Shown here piece after piece: positions 1-11,587 of a stretch of DNA of 44,152 bases. Made by a program: the position numbers and the translations under genes. How positions within the stretch are numbered: the stretch's first letter is position 1; each line of letters starts with the position of its first letter. A model generated the notes under the pieces. That model did no database searches, was not told where the DNA came from, and saw only the letters and a list, made by a program, of their open reading frames with translations. Source of the DNA: Psammoneis japonica (Eukaryota); contig QPGO01000224.1 in the NCBI GenBank assembly GCA_008632985.1, forward strand, positions 62,001 through 106,152. Reading direction: 5' to 3'.

Positions 1-1650
1 CTCTGGGTGCCCCTGGGAATGCAAAGCTTGCTCACCAGCTCCATGTGGGGGGGATCTGAAAGCTTCTCTCAATCCCAAGGGAAGAGATGCCACTTGCATG
101 ATGCCAGACACTCCACTCAACTCATGCCTTCAATGCATTGTGACTTGCATGTGAGTTTGCTGGATTGGGCTGATTTGTGTCAGGCAGGCATGTCTGAGGG
201 GCAACATCAAGTCAATGGCTGCACGCACCCCTGTGCTTCTGAGGTTTGTGCTGTTTCTTGCTGGAGATCACCATCATCTTCCACATTTGGGCAGGACCAA
301 TCATTGGGGCATGTGCCAAGGATGCAACCAGCCTTTGTCACCTGGAAATCTGTGTCCTTTGGAACTTCAATGCTGCTGTGGCTGAAATCACCTGCTGAGG
401 TGGCTGCCAAATGCACCCCATGCACGGCCCAAAATGATGAGTTGGCGGTGGCCAGATTTTCACCCCAGTGTCCACTTTGTCTGGTTTGTGACTTTGAGGC
501 TTTGCCTTGGACATGCTTGCTCATTCCAAGGTGACCAGCTGGGCCTCATCTGCTGCTGCTGTCCAAAAGCTCACACCACCTGCTGTTGGTGCTCCCAGGT
601 GCCACACCACCATGGCTTCACCAGGCACTGGAGCTGCCTCCACCAACTTTTTCTGTTGGCATGGGCAGGTGCTCACCCTCTTCATGAACAGGGCAGAGGA
701 ACGGGTGGGGTGGCCCCACCAGCATGAAAAATCAGGAAGCAAATTTGATGAACCATCTGGCATGGTCAGTGCTTGCAGCAACTTCACAGCTCTGAATGTC
801 ACGTGTGAGTGCAGTGTCAGCCTGCCACTGTCCACCTGCCATGCACTGCTGTTCTTGGGCAAGCAGTGCTGGGCCACACTGTGAACTGTCCATTGGCATG
901 TGGCCTCTTTGCTTGCTTCCCCAAGAAGATGCTTGCAGCTGAGTCCCAGGATGGCATGTCCCTCCACAAGAAGGCAGAGGGAGGGACAGGCCTTTCCAAT
1001 GGCAATGGGGGCGAAAGTGGTTCTTCTCACGCCATGTGACATTGACCCACTTCTTGTTGCCAAGATGATTGCTGCCTTTTGCCACTCCTGGCATGTTGTT
1101 CTGGGCAATCATGGCCACCTTTTGTTGCCAATCTCTGCTCCATTCTCTTGCATGTGGAAGACAACAGAGCCAGCTGCAACATTGTGCCAGCCACAGCAGG
1201 ACAAGGCACTCCCCATCAAGTTCATGCAATTCATTGACAAGAGCATCCAGTGTGCCGCCTCAAGGCCTGCACACAGAAAGTGATTGACAATGAGCTGAAT
1301 GACCATTTCTGTGCATGTCACAGTGCATTTGCCTCAGTTGCAGCAATGATCACATTCTCCAGATTGTCCAATCTTCCCCACAGCTTGGTTGACAAGCTCA
1401 ATTGCACTGGCACTGCCCATGCTGCACCGACAGACTCCAAGGCAAACCCACCTGCCAAGAAGCCCAAGACTTCCCCCCCCCACACACTGGCAGTCAAGAA
1501 TGACCAAGTGACTGAGGCATGGCAACTGCTGAGGGGTCATGAGTGGGCTCTGAAAAATCATGCGCCACATCTGTCACCAACTGCCCAATGCACTTTGGGG
1601 CAGTGGTTTGCATGAATTTGCACTTCACTGGTGCTTGCCATGCCAACTGC
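1..1650. repeat. Decayed CpG/TpA-depleted block, probably an old TE remnant (family not identifiable)
   Basis: CG and TA dinucleotides are nearly absent and TG/CA are in excess. Overlapping C/H/Q/W-rich ORFs in all frames mostly end in TGA. Composition switches to normal near 1650. Confidence 0.6.
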
Positions 1651-1885
1651 GAAAGAATCAGAAGGAACCGAAATGCAGAAGAATCAATCCAATGATAAGA
1701 ACAAATTCTTGCAAAATAGTGTAGCGAAATCATAACAAATATTTTCCGAGCTGTTGCGCCCATGCAGTCGGAAACTGAGCAAGCGGAGAAACAGATATAT
1801 TTCACAACAAGACCAAACAGCCAGAGGCACAAATAGCAAAATCTCTTTATAATAAAATGCAGATTATCAGTTTATCGGTCGCGGA

Positions 1886-2575
1886 CTATTTATATGTTGA
1901 AAACCCTTCACTTCTTTGATGCGCATAAACAATACATACCAAGCAAATCAAAACGGCCGCAACCACCGACGAGGGAGACAGGACTTGTTTCCTAAATCTA
2001 ACGCTGCCGCCTTCAAACACTTCACCCAAGGGAGTCTTGATCCCATCAATGGACCGCACATTCTTTTCCTTTTGATAGTCTAAAATTTCATCGCGACTCT
2101 TCCCCTCAGCCCAGCCCTTAAGCATGTTGCGATCTCCCTTGTAGTCCATGTAGGGCACAGCATATCCACACGATGTTTGTACTCGATCGACATGAAGAAT
2201 TATAATTTGCCGCGTTCCCGGCAACAGATTATCTTGAAAATGCATGCAAGCATCGTTCCATGCTTTGCTAACGTCGTTCCGCAACAGCACCTCTCCACGT
2301 CCATACAAGCGAAGAATTCTCGGACCACCCTCCATGCCACAAAACATGATGGTCAAGCGCCCATTTTCTGAGATGTGAGCAGACGTTTCGTTTCCAGATC
2401 CCGTCATATCTTGATATGCGACGGTATGGTCGTCAATAATACAAAAACTGGAATAGCCCTTGGGCGAGAGATTGACGTGGCCGTTTCTGCTGGATGGGGC
2501 GGAAGCGACAAAGAAAATGTGCTGTTGCGCAATCCATTCTTGGAGAGTAGGTGTAATGTTGGGATGGAGTTTCAT
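1886..2575 (-). CDS. Pyridoxamine 5'-phosphate oxidase-related FMN-binding protein (YLR456W/YPR172W-like) with a C-terminal hydrophobic tail
   Basis: Intact 229 aa ORF. Family motifs FFVASAP..GHVNLSPKG, DMTGSGNETSAH, GRLTIMFC..PRILRLYGRG, VQTSCGYAVP and N.RSIDG; C-terminal segment VVAAVLICLVCIVY. Confidence 0.9.
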   Translation of the reverse strand: MKLHPNITPTLQEWIAQQHIFFVASAPSSRNGHVNLSPKGYSSFCIIDDHTVAYQDMTGSGNETSAHISENGRLTIMFCGMEGGPRILRLYGRGEVLLRNDVSKAWNDACMHFQDNLLPGTRQIIILHVDRVQTSCGYAVPYMDYKGDRNMLKGWAEGKSRDEILDYQKEKNVRSIDGIKTPLGEVFEGGSVRFRKQVLSPSSVVAAVLICLVCIVYAHQRSEGFSTYK

Positions 2576-3758
2576 GGTGTTTCTTAGGGAGACCTTCAGC
2601 TAAAATACTATTCGACGACAATCTGGAGAGTGGAGAGATGAGAAACGTGAACCAACGCAAATGCGGATCTGAACAACATCTTGGACGCAAGAGGATCTTC
2701 CTTGTTCGTCAATGAAGTTCGAAGTTCGAAGTTCACGCGTTTGGTCAAAGGGTTGTTTGATGCAGTTCGTGACTGAGGTACCAGTGTGATACGGTAGTTG
2801 CTGACTCGTGACTGGGAAAAAGATACGCCCACGATACTGTAGCTCTGCAATTTTGGAATTTCAGCATCGATACCGGGCCAGTGCCGGTAGTCTCTACTCT
2901 AGGGCCCTATCCATAGGGCCCTAGGGCCCTACAGCACAGAACATGACGGCGCGACGCATAACGCATTGACTTTATTTGCCACTTTGCTGGGGGCATCTCT
3001 TTGAGAGACACTCTCTGTTTTGCTTCGACTCTCTAATGTAGAGGGTCGTGACAGAGGAGTTATCGTCGTGACGGACTTTGGTTGGTCGCGTGACGTGTGA
3101 ACTTCATGATGTTGGGGGTTGGGGGATGCGAACGCCGATGTCAACTAATCATCTCAATCGTGGATGGCAATGCCAATGTGTTTGAAACAATTATGGTACC
3201 TCCCAAGCCGGATGTACCGTACAATTATGGAGGACAGGCCGACGAGAACTTCTTGCTAAACATTTGGCGTGGTGTCAGAGACCGGCCACGAAATTGATAG
3301 GATCGCTCCAGCCCGTGAGCGTTAAGTAATCAATTGCGAAGCCCTCACTTATCGCATGTTATCTCCCACAAACCTTCCCAAAATTATTTTCAATTATGCA
3401 AAGGATGGGAAGCCGACATAACAACAATGTGAATACACGTCCCTCTTGTACGTGCGGAACGGTAATGCCTGTTCCAACAATTAGGAAGAGTACGAGAGAT
3501 TCCCGTTCTCATAAAAAAAAAAAGAAACAAGGTGAGTAGGTCGTGATGTTTTGCAAGAGCATGATGTGTTTCATCGACTCAATCCTCCTGCATGATCGTT
3601 GTTGCCACTAATGATATAGTAGAAAAGAGTAAACGAAAGACAATCAAGGTGAGACTTACCATAGGTTTATTGCGTTGTTGACTGGATTCCCTTGGAAGAG
3701 ATGAGAGAACTACATTTTCATTTTCCTTATATCTCACCTGATCATCTTTCTTTGTATC

Positions 3759-6512
3759 ATGATTGTCAAACAAAGAAACAGTACAATCTCAGCTGCCGAC
3801 AGGATGGGAAACGCTAGCGCTAGGTGCAAGCCCAACTTCACCCGCAGCGTCGACTCTTCTTGCAGAGCATGCGGCATCGACGTTTTGGATGGCGGACGTT
3901 TCGACCGTGTCGTTTGGAGGGATCCTTCACTAAGCTATTGCGCCAGACCGGGGAGCTACACTTACAAAGTGACGGTTGAGGACTGCGAGGTAGGCAGTTG
4001 TGACAGGGATACGTGTTCCACACGCGTGACCATTGTGGATACGAGGTCACCGGATATACGTTGTCCCTCCAATTACATCTTGGATGCGAATAGCTACTGC
4101 CAGGTTGATCCGAGAAACCTTCAAGTCACTTCCGTTGACAATTGTGATGGAACCAGAGATATTTCGAGTAGTGCGAGTACGCATAGACTAACTGGTGTCG
4201 GAGATCACAGAGTCACATTCCGTGCTTCCGATAGGTATGGCAATGGAAGTTCCAGGGAGTGCAGAGTAAGAGTTCGGGATAGGATGCGACCATCCATCAC
4301 CTGTTTCCCTCATAACTCCGTGTGGGTCGATGGTAAGTGCGAGTTCAATGCTCGTAGCTTTCCAGTCACGTCCAGTGACAACTGCGATGGAACCAGAGAT
4401 GTGTCCGGGTCCGCATCTCCGAGTGTGCTCCGTGGTCCAGGAAATTATGGGGTTCGTTACTATGCCTCGGACAGTTCCGGTAACTCCTATGGTAAGACCT
4501 GTTCTTTACATGTCAGCGACAGGTCGCCGCCAAACATTAAGTGTCCAACCGACTTCAACGTGGACGCAGACGAGAACTGCCAGGCGGACCCTCGAAGCCT
4601 TCAAGTCACTTCCACGGACAACTGTGATGGAACCAGAAACATTTCAAGAAATACAAATACGCATACCCTACATGGTGTGAAACTGCATCATGTCACATAT
4701 TCTGCAAGGGACGGAGCTGGCAACTCAAGATCAAGGTCTTGTCAGGTGCGCGTCGTCGATAACACAAAACCTATTATGAGCTGCCCCGTCATCTCCGTGT
4801 TGCAAGCGAACGAAAGCTGTGAGGCTGATCCAAGCGGTCTTAGGGGCGAGGCCACGGACAATTGCGATCCATATGTATATGCAAGAACTTCCGAGACCAT
4901 GTTACAAGGCATAGGATCGCACAATGTCACATTTTCTGCCACAGATAGATACTCTAATCGTGAGGAAACGGAATGTCCCATTGTGGTCGTAGATAGCGCA
5001 GAGCCGGTTATAGAATGCCCTGAAGCGGAGTTGCTTGCGAACGAAAGCTGCGAAGCCGACCCTCGAAGTCTAACAGGCGTGGCCACTGACAATTGTGATG
5101 CTGAGTTCGATGCAACGACTTCCGAGACTACGCTGAAGGGTGCAGGACCGCACAATGTCATCTTTTCGGCCACCGATGCCTCCTCTAATCGCGGGGAGAA
5201 GGAATGTTCCATTGCGGTCGTGGATAAAGCAAAGCCGAGTATAAGCTGCCCTTCCAGTGCCGAGTTGGAAGCGAACGAAATCTGTGAAGCCGACCCTCAG
5301 AGTCTCAAGGGCGTGGCAACAGACAATTGCGATGATGATTTCGATGCAACGACTTCGCAGACCAAGCTGATGGGTACAGGATCGCACAACGTTATGTTTT
5401 CGGCCACTGATGCCTCCTCCAATGTCGGGGAGAAGGAATGCTCTGTTCTGGTAGTGGATAGAACAACTCCGATGATAACCTGCCCTTCCAGTGCCGAGTT
5501 GATAGCAGACGAACACTGCAAGGTCGATCCCAGTAGCCTGAAGGGAGTGGCTCTGGACAACTGCGATCCTGATTTTGATGCAACGACTTCCGAAACTGAA
5601 TTGCAAGGCGCAGGATCTCACAACGTCCTGTTTTCTGCCACAGATGCGTCCTTCAATCGCGGTGAAAAGGTGTGTTCGATTGCGGTTGTGGATAAAGCAA
5701 AGCCGAGCATAAGCTGCCCTTCCAGTGCGGAGTTGACAGCAGACGAAAACTGTGAGGTCGATCCCAGCAGCCTCAAGGGCGTAGCGATGGACAACTGCGA
5801 TCCTAATTTCGATGCAACGACTTCCACGACCCAATTGCGCGGCGTAGGATCTCACAATGTCATGTTCTCTGCTACGGACAGCTCGTCCAATTCTGAACAG
5901 AAGGAATGCGCGGTAACTGTTGTGGATACGACCCCGCCGACCTTCGACGTCTGCCCAGGAAATCTTGAACTCGAAGCCGAAGCAGGCTGCGTGGCAGAGC
6001 TTCCCTTGGAATTCATGGCAAGTGCAAGTGACAACTGTGGAGGCACAGTGGTAGATTGGGTCGACGATAATGGAAATAAAGTCAGTGGTCGTTTACCTCT
6101 AGGTCAGCACTTCATCTCCTTCCGTGCTACCGACGTGAACGGGAATTGGGCCGACGGTTGCAGGTCCGTCGTGACGATTGAAGATCACGACGACGACGGT
6201 CTCTGTGGTGATGATGATCTCTGTCCTCATACGAAGGACGAGCCCGAGGTAGAACTCAAGCCAAATCACTGGAAGCTAACTAATCAGAAAGATGCAGATA
6301 GCTATCTCTTATATGAGGGATCCAAGCCCAAGAATCGTAGGTACACGACGAAAGATACGGGTGGGTGCTCCTGCTCCCAGATTATCGAGATCTGTGATTA
6401 CGGCAAGGGCATTAGCGAGTTTGGATGTCCCAACGGAGTGATGGATCTCTGGACCGGGCTCTATGACCACGCTGGTGAAGCGCCCTTTCGGTGTGAGGAG
6501 GATCTGAATTAG
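3759..6512 (+). CDS. Large HYR-repeat (Ig-like) extracellular protein with a TSP3-like Ca motif and a Cys-rich C-terminal domain; true 5' exon uncertain
   Basis: 917 aa ORF with about 9 tandem ~79 aa units (D..P.I.CP...DNCD...G.H.V.F.A.D..GN....C.V.V), then DHDDDGLCGDDDLCP and DTGGCSCSQII...FGC...MDLW. No signal peptide in the ORF. A possible acceptor (tctcag, ~3792) suggests an upstream exon. Confidence 0.85.
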   Translation: MIVKQRNSTISAADRMGNASARCKPNFTRSVDSSCRACGIDVLDGGRFDRVVWRDPSLSYCARPGSYTYKVTVEDCEVGSCDRDTCSTRVTIVDTRSPDIRCPSNYILDANSYCQVDPRNLQVTSVDNCDGTRDISSSASTHRLTGVGDHRVTFRASDRYGNGSSRECRVRVRDRMRPSITCFPHNSVWVDGKCEFNARSFPVTSSDNCDGTRDVSGSASPSVLRGPGNYGVRYYASDSSGNSYGKTCSLHVSDRSPPNIKCPTDFNVDADENCQADPRSLQVTSTDNCDGTRNISRNTNTHTLHGVKLHHVTYSARDGAGNSRSRSCQVRVVDNTKPIMSCPVISVLQANESCEADPSGLRGEATDNCDPYVYARTSETMLQGIGSHNVTFSATDRYSNREETECPIVVVDSAEPVIECPEAELLANESCEADPRSLTGVATDNCDAEFDATTSETTLKGAGPHNVIFSATDASSNRGEKECSIAVVDKAKPSISCPSSAELEANEICEADPQSLKGVATDNCDDDFDATTSQTKLMGTGSHNVMFSATDASSNVGEKECSVLVVDRTTPMITCPSSAELIADEHCKVDPSSLKGVALDNCDPDFDATTSETELQGAGSHNVLFSATDASFNRGEKVCSIAVVDKAKPSISCPSSAELTADENCEVDPSSLKGVAMDNCDPNFDATTSTTQLRGVGSHNVMFSATDSSSNSEQKECAVTVVDTTPPTFDVCPGNLELEAEAGCVAELPLEFMASASDNCGGTVVDWVDDNGNKVSGRLPLGQHFISFRATDVNGNWADGCRSVVTIEDHDDDGLCGDDDLCPHTKDEPEVELKPNHWKLTNQKDADSYLLYEGSKPKNRRYTTKDTGGCSCSQIIEICDYGKGISEFGCPNGVMDLWTGLYDHAGEAPFRCEEDLN

Positions 6513-7049
6513 AGGAGATGGCACGTACATTTAGCTTTGCATATTTATTTGGGCATGTTCATGCTTCACGTTGGATACTTGCAATTGGAAGTTTGGAGCG
6601 TGCTCCGCACCAGACATCATGTATATCTATGCCAAAGATTGATTCGCGGAAACGGAACTAGAGGCTGATCTCCTAGCGACAAGCACGTCGCTAAACTGAT
6701 CATATTACAGTTGCGGCAGAGCGATTCATTCTACTATATCATTCTATATGTTCTATAGCACTTTGTTTCACATTCTCTGGTAGGCTGTCGGAGCCCATCA
6801 GAGTCTTGTCGCTTGCAACTTCGTTCTAGACTGAGCCGTTCGTGACAATGTTCATGCCTGAATTGACTTTTGGATGCCTCCATTGCCGGTGAAGCTGCCA
6901 AAAATATGTCGATGGATAAAAAAGTGCGGCAATTTTCATATTCGTGGCCGAGCAAAAGGAAAAGGTAAAAAGGACAGGGGATTCGAACCATTGAGAACGC
7001 ACGCAAAATTAACCATGGAAGCAGGGAAAGAGATTCGTTATCTTCTTCA

Positions 7050-8528
7050 TTGAGGCAGTTGCTGCAGGCGCAAAGGGTGGGTGTGCATGGTGCAGCTGCA
7101 GGGTGACAATGTGACACTGAGTGTGGTGTTCCACCAAGCTGAGCACCCCACCAGCTTGGCTTTGAGCCAAGAGCCCTGGCCAGCAGCTGGCTCCACGTTT
7201 GCTCCTCTCCCAGTGTGGTTTGCCTGTCCAAGCTGTGCCATTGCATTTCCAGAGGGCCAGGGAGAAGAAAAAATTGCCAGCTTAACTGCTTGCTTCAGAC
7301 CCTGCATTGTGAGCACGCTCTTGAGAAAAAATGAGAGGTGCTGCAGTGATCTGTGCAGGGAGCAGCCATCATTGGCATGCTCAACAGATCTTGGACCCAG
7401 CTTCACTCTGAGCTTTTTACTTTTCAACCACACAATCAGGGCAAGATTTTTGGAAGTTTTCAGTGGCCCAGGGTGGCTGCACTTTTGAGAGGCCCTTGCC
7501 AATGGCTCTCAGCTGCTTGCAGATGTGCATGTGTTGGGCATGTCACTTGACACAACACTTGCAAGTGGTGTTGTGCCCTCACTCAAAACTGCAGTGCTTT
7601 TTCTAATGTGCCAGTGCCTTGGCTGGGCACATGGTGGGGAGCTCATGCTCTCTTGCAGCTGATGATCTGTCCTTCTTGACCCCCGCTCTTTTGACAGTCA
7701 ACCACAGGCCAGCATCATCCAACTGTGAGAAAGTGCCTTCAATGGGCTGTTGTTTGGGAGCATGCATTGTTGTCTGTGTGGAGCGCACATCTGTCATCCC
7801 AGCGAGAGCTGCAGCAAAGTGTGCACTCTCCCACACTTGTGCCAGGGGGCAGAGTGATGTGTCAACAAGTTGGCCCATGGTGTCAACAAGCAAGCTTGAG
7901 GAAGCTTGCTCCATTTTGCAGCGATGCAGCATTTTGGGTGCCAACAGGGGCTCACATGCCATCTCCAGCTTTGTCAGCCAGTTGCAAAGGGGGCTGCTGC
8001 CACGTGTGGGTTGGGGTGGTCCAGCAAGCTTGCACTCCATGCTGGTGGCACAAAGTGCTGCTGCCATGGCTGCATTGGCATTGATCTGCTGATGTGTCCA
8101 ACAAGGCTTTGGCAGCTTTGGCACAGCACCCTGCTGACAAGGCACTGGCAAGGATGGCATGACTCTTGTGGCTGGGCTGGCACTCTGGAGGGACTGGCAT
8201 GACCTGGGAAGCTGTGCAGGAAGGGCTCAACATTGCCACCACCAGCACCAGAAACAACTTGTTTTGTGGTGTGAAGAGCCCACCAGCACAACCCCAAGTT
8301 GGGTGTCTCAGGTGGCAGCTTGAAAGACAGTCTTTTGCTGCAGCCCAGTGTGTGGGTGGTGCTGTTGCCAAGAGCTGCTTTGCATGAGGGAAACAGACAG
8401 AAAATTTCTGCAGGAGCTGCTTTGTTGATGGTTGGAGCAGTCTGGACTTTGAACTTTGATGGAGAGGCAAGCACAGCAAGATTGGTGTGCCCCAGGCAGC
8501 GTTGATGCTTCTCCTGTCTTGATCTCTT
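7050..8528. repeat. Decayed CpG/TpA-depleted block (unidentified TE or gene remnant)
   Basis: Same dinucleotide depletion and spurious multi-frame ORFs as 1-1650. Confidence 0.55.
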
Positions 8529-8812
8529 GATGCAACAACTTCCAAGACTGCACAAAGGGTGCAGGACCACACAATGTCACCTTTTGGCCACCAATGCCTC
8601 CTCTGATTGTGGAGAGAAGAAGGAGGAGTGCTCCATTGTGGTGGCTGAAAAGGCAAAGGTCGAGCACAAGAAGCTGCTCTCCTGGTGGCAGTGCCAAGTT
8701 GGAGGAAGAGAACAAAACCTGCAAAAAGCCAACCCTCAGAGTCTAAAAGGTGTGGCAATGGACAAATTGCAATGGTGATTTTGATGCATCGACCTTGCAG
8801 GTCAAGTTGCTG
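8529..8812 (+). pseudogene. Mutated duplicate fragment of the HYR-repeat gene (matches ~5109-5370)
   Basis: Aligned by eye, e.g. gatgcaacgacttccgagactacg vs gatgcaacaacttccaagactgca, and gccgaccctcagagtct vs gccaaccctcagagtct. Contains indels. Confidence 0.9.
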
Positions 8813-8873
8813 AATTGGGAATTTGAAACTTGTGCGAGGATTTTTTTAATGACAGCTGACCTCGTCGTCTTTG

Positions 8874-11296
8874 ATGTCGCTTGTCAGTCCCTTCAAGGTT
8901 TGTGGTTCCCACATTGCCGTCATCCGATGCGCTTGCACCATCAACCGTCAAAAGATTGGCGTTTTAGCGGTGGCAATGACAGCGGTCGGTTGCCTTTTAC
9001 TGCGTCGTCAAATCCTTCACAACACTCCCTACCCACCAGCTCTATCTACCATCCAGAGAGATTTGCCGGTTGGACTTATTGGAACCATGAGCAACACCTG
9101 TGTGCCTCCCGAGAAGAATAAGCACAGTAATGTTGACTTTTCCACCTTTGCGTCGTCCACGTTTCTAGATGGGCTCTTTGCGAGCTTTGATTCGGCGTTG
9201 GCGGTGCTTCGAGTGGCTTCACCTTGGGCCATCTCCACGAGGAGGGCGAAAAAGAAGAAGAAGGACAAGCAATTGAGGATTTTTTGAGTTACTCACCAAT
9301 GTTGAACGATTTCTTCGTTTGCCAGAAACATCAGTATCTGCGCGGCGGGGCCTCCAAAAGGCCTTTGTTGTGCTTGTGGAAGGCTTGGATGGTACGGGAA
9401 AGAGCACAATCGTCAAGGGGCTCGTGGACGGCCTAAAGCACATGTCTTATGCTAGCTTACCCATGGCGACCCCGACAGATTCCATAAAGGCTGTGCGCCA
9501 AGTGTTTGACCGCCAGGGTGGTTTGGTGGCACGTGCCTTTTACATGTGCAGCAACTACGTCTTATTTTATGAAATGACAAGGCCTGTCGACAAACCATCA
9601 CTGACAATAACGATCCATTGGTTGTGGTAGTGGATCGCTGGTACGCTTCAACGGCGGCCTATTCGATTGCCTACAAGAATACGACTGGTGGGCCCGATTC
9701 GATCAATGCCGTGGACGAATCACTCTTTTGCTGGCCGTCCGACTTGCTCCGACCCGACCTTTTATTGCTGCTCGAAGCGGATGACAAGGTCCGACGTGAT
9801 CGAGTCCGTGCCAGGAACAAACCCGATGATGGCAATCCGTGGGATCAACGTTTGAATGATGACGTGCAGTTGGGCCAACGAATCATGAGAGCGCTTGAAC
9901 GTGTTGCGGCGGTGGGACCGCAAAGGGTACATGCGCTGAATGCCAATCAAAGCGCCATGCCGTCCGGGAGGATGCTCTTGCCAAGGTTCGTGGTGCTCTC
10001 ATCCGACGCTTTCGACCCGAGGAGTACTTTGTCCGGCGGCCTCTCGATTTCTTTTCCATGGGTTTGGATGAACACAACCATTGTCGTTCCAACCGAAAAA
10101 TGTCAGTCGCTCGGAATGGACTCGAAAAGGGCGCAGCACCTTTTCAGCAGAGTGTGGACATTGCGGCAGTAGATTCCTCGGGCATGCTCTTTTTCTCTCC
10201 AGGCCTTCCTTTCGATGATGCAAGACGTGAAGTGGATGGGCTTGTGTCCATTGTATCTTGTCATGAGACATGTCTACAGGAGTTGCAATGGCGGGCCGAA
10301 GGCCTTGTCTATGAAATTACTCGGGAAGAGTGCTCCTTGCTAGGAACGCCTTTTCCAACCTCACTTGAAAGCAAAGTAGCTGATGTTTCCGGAGAAGTTT
10401 CAGGAAAGGTACATGCAAGACGCTTCATCCCTTTCCGTATGGAGGTATTGATTGGTGGCCCGGGGTCGCACGATGGACCAACACGCCTGGTATGGGCCCG
10501 ATCCCTTGCGAAAGATAATGAGCACGGTGGTTGGAGCCAAGCTCAAAAAAGTCTTGCATTCCGCTCTCCCTCCTCCATCATCATTAGGAGCCCTGTTGTG
10601 CCCAAACGACCTCTGCTTCCCGTGACGGTAGCAATAACGGGTACCCACTGTGCTGGCAAGAGAATCATCGGAGAGCGATTGGCTGCCATCAAGGGTTGGT
10701 TGTTTCACGAGGAACTGGGGGATGTTTTGCGAGACAAGGAAAGCATGGTGAGCGGTAGCCACCGGCATGGGGATGGCTCCGGTGCTCACAACCAATCGGA
10801 ATGGGACCAAAGGGTTCAAGCGGCCGAACTGGAACGAGACGAAAACTCTCTGACAAAAAACCGAGTGGTCGAGACATGGCATGTTGGAAATTGGGCTTGG
10901 CAGCTCTTTCGAAACAAGGGCTCTGATTCGGAACGTGAACGGGTAGCATCTGTAATTCGCAAGTATTGCAGTCGGTCTGTTGTGGTACTCGTGCATTTGA
11001 GCATTCCAGTCAAAGTGTCACTTTCGAGGCATCAAGACGCGAGGAATAAAGTTCGACTTCCCATGCAGAATGAACTTGAGGAATGCAGTGAACTCCATGC
11101 ATCTCTTGAAGATAATTGTCGTGATTTTCTCAGAGAAATGAATGATTTAAAAGAAATGAATGATTTGGGCGTTCTAACCTTGGAACTTGACAACTCACGC
11201 GATGGGCATGAGGCCATTGAAGCAACAACACGCAAGATTGTTCGATTCGTCAACGAAAATCTGTGGAGGAGTGGCATGGTCGTCTCAGGTCCCTAA
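8874..11296 (+). CDS. CMPK2: CMPK2-like (thymidylate-kinase fold) NMP kinase fused to a PNPOx-like domain and a second P-loop kinase-like domain; reconstructed across ~4 frameshifts
   Basis: FVVLVEGLDGTGKST (P-loop 9379-9408), RQVFD..RAFYMCSNY, VVVDRWYASTAAYSIA and WPSDLLRPDLLLLL parallel vertebrate CMPK2. These are followed by VDSSGMLFF..ELQWRAEG..FIPFRMEVLIG..HDGPTRLVW..GGW (PNPOx-like) and VAITGTHCAGKR..RVVETWHVGN (second kinase). Frame joins near 9220, 9365, 9580-9595 and 9957. Start codon uncertain. Confidence 0.8.
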
Positions 11297-11587
11297 CTGC
11301 TTGACAAGAATCCCCATCTTTTTGTCTTGCAGCACCTACAGGCATCCGAACCGTTCGTAGTAGGCGAGTGTGCCTTCCTTTTTGGAGAAAGCACGCTTGG
11401 TAAGACGTTTACAACTGACTTGATTAGATGGTATCAGAAACATGCCCATTCGTATGATACATTGGCGGCGCATGAGATTATTGGTAATAGTCAAGGTGAT
11501 TATTTTGCGTGAAGATTTGTGAGGTCGATCACGATAATAATGAGTGAATCCCACCTCATCAATTCTATAATCTATCTCTATTATTTG

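Noticed and set aside
3097..3297. 66 aa ORF as an upstream exon of the HYR gene
   Set aside because: No recognisable domain or signal peptide, and no convincing splice path could be established by eye.
4742..6046. Antisense ORFs over the HYR gene
   Set aside because: Shadow frames of a repetitive coding sequence.
7603..8160. CPAKAL motif as evidence of a tyrosine recombinase (DIRS/Crypton)
   Set aside because: A single short motif in heavily mutated DNA; no R-H-R-Y catalytic pattern is recognisable.
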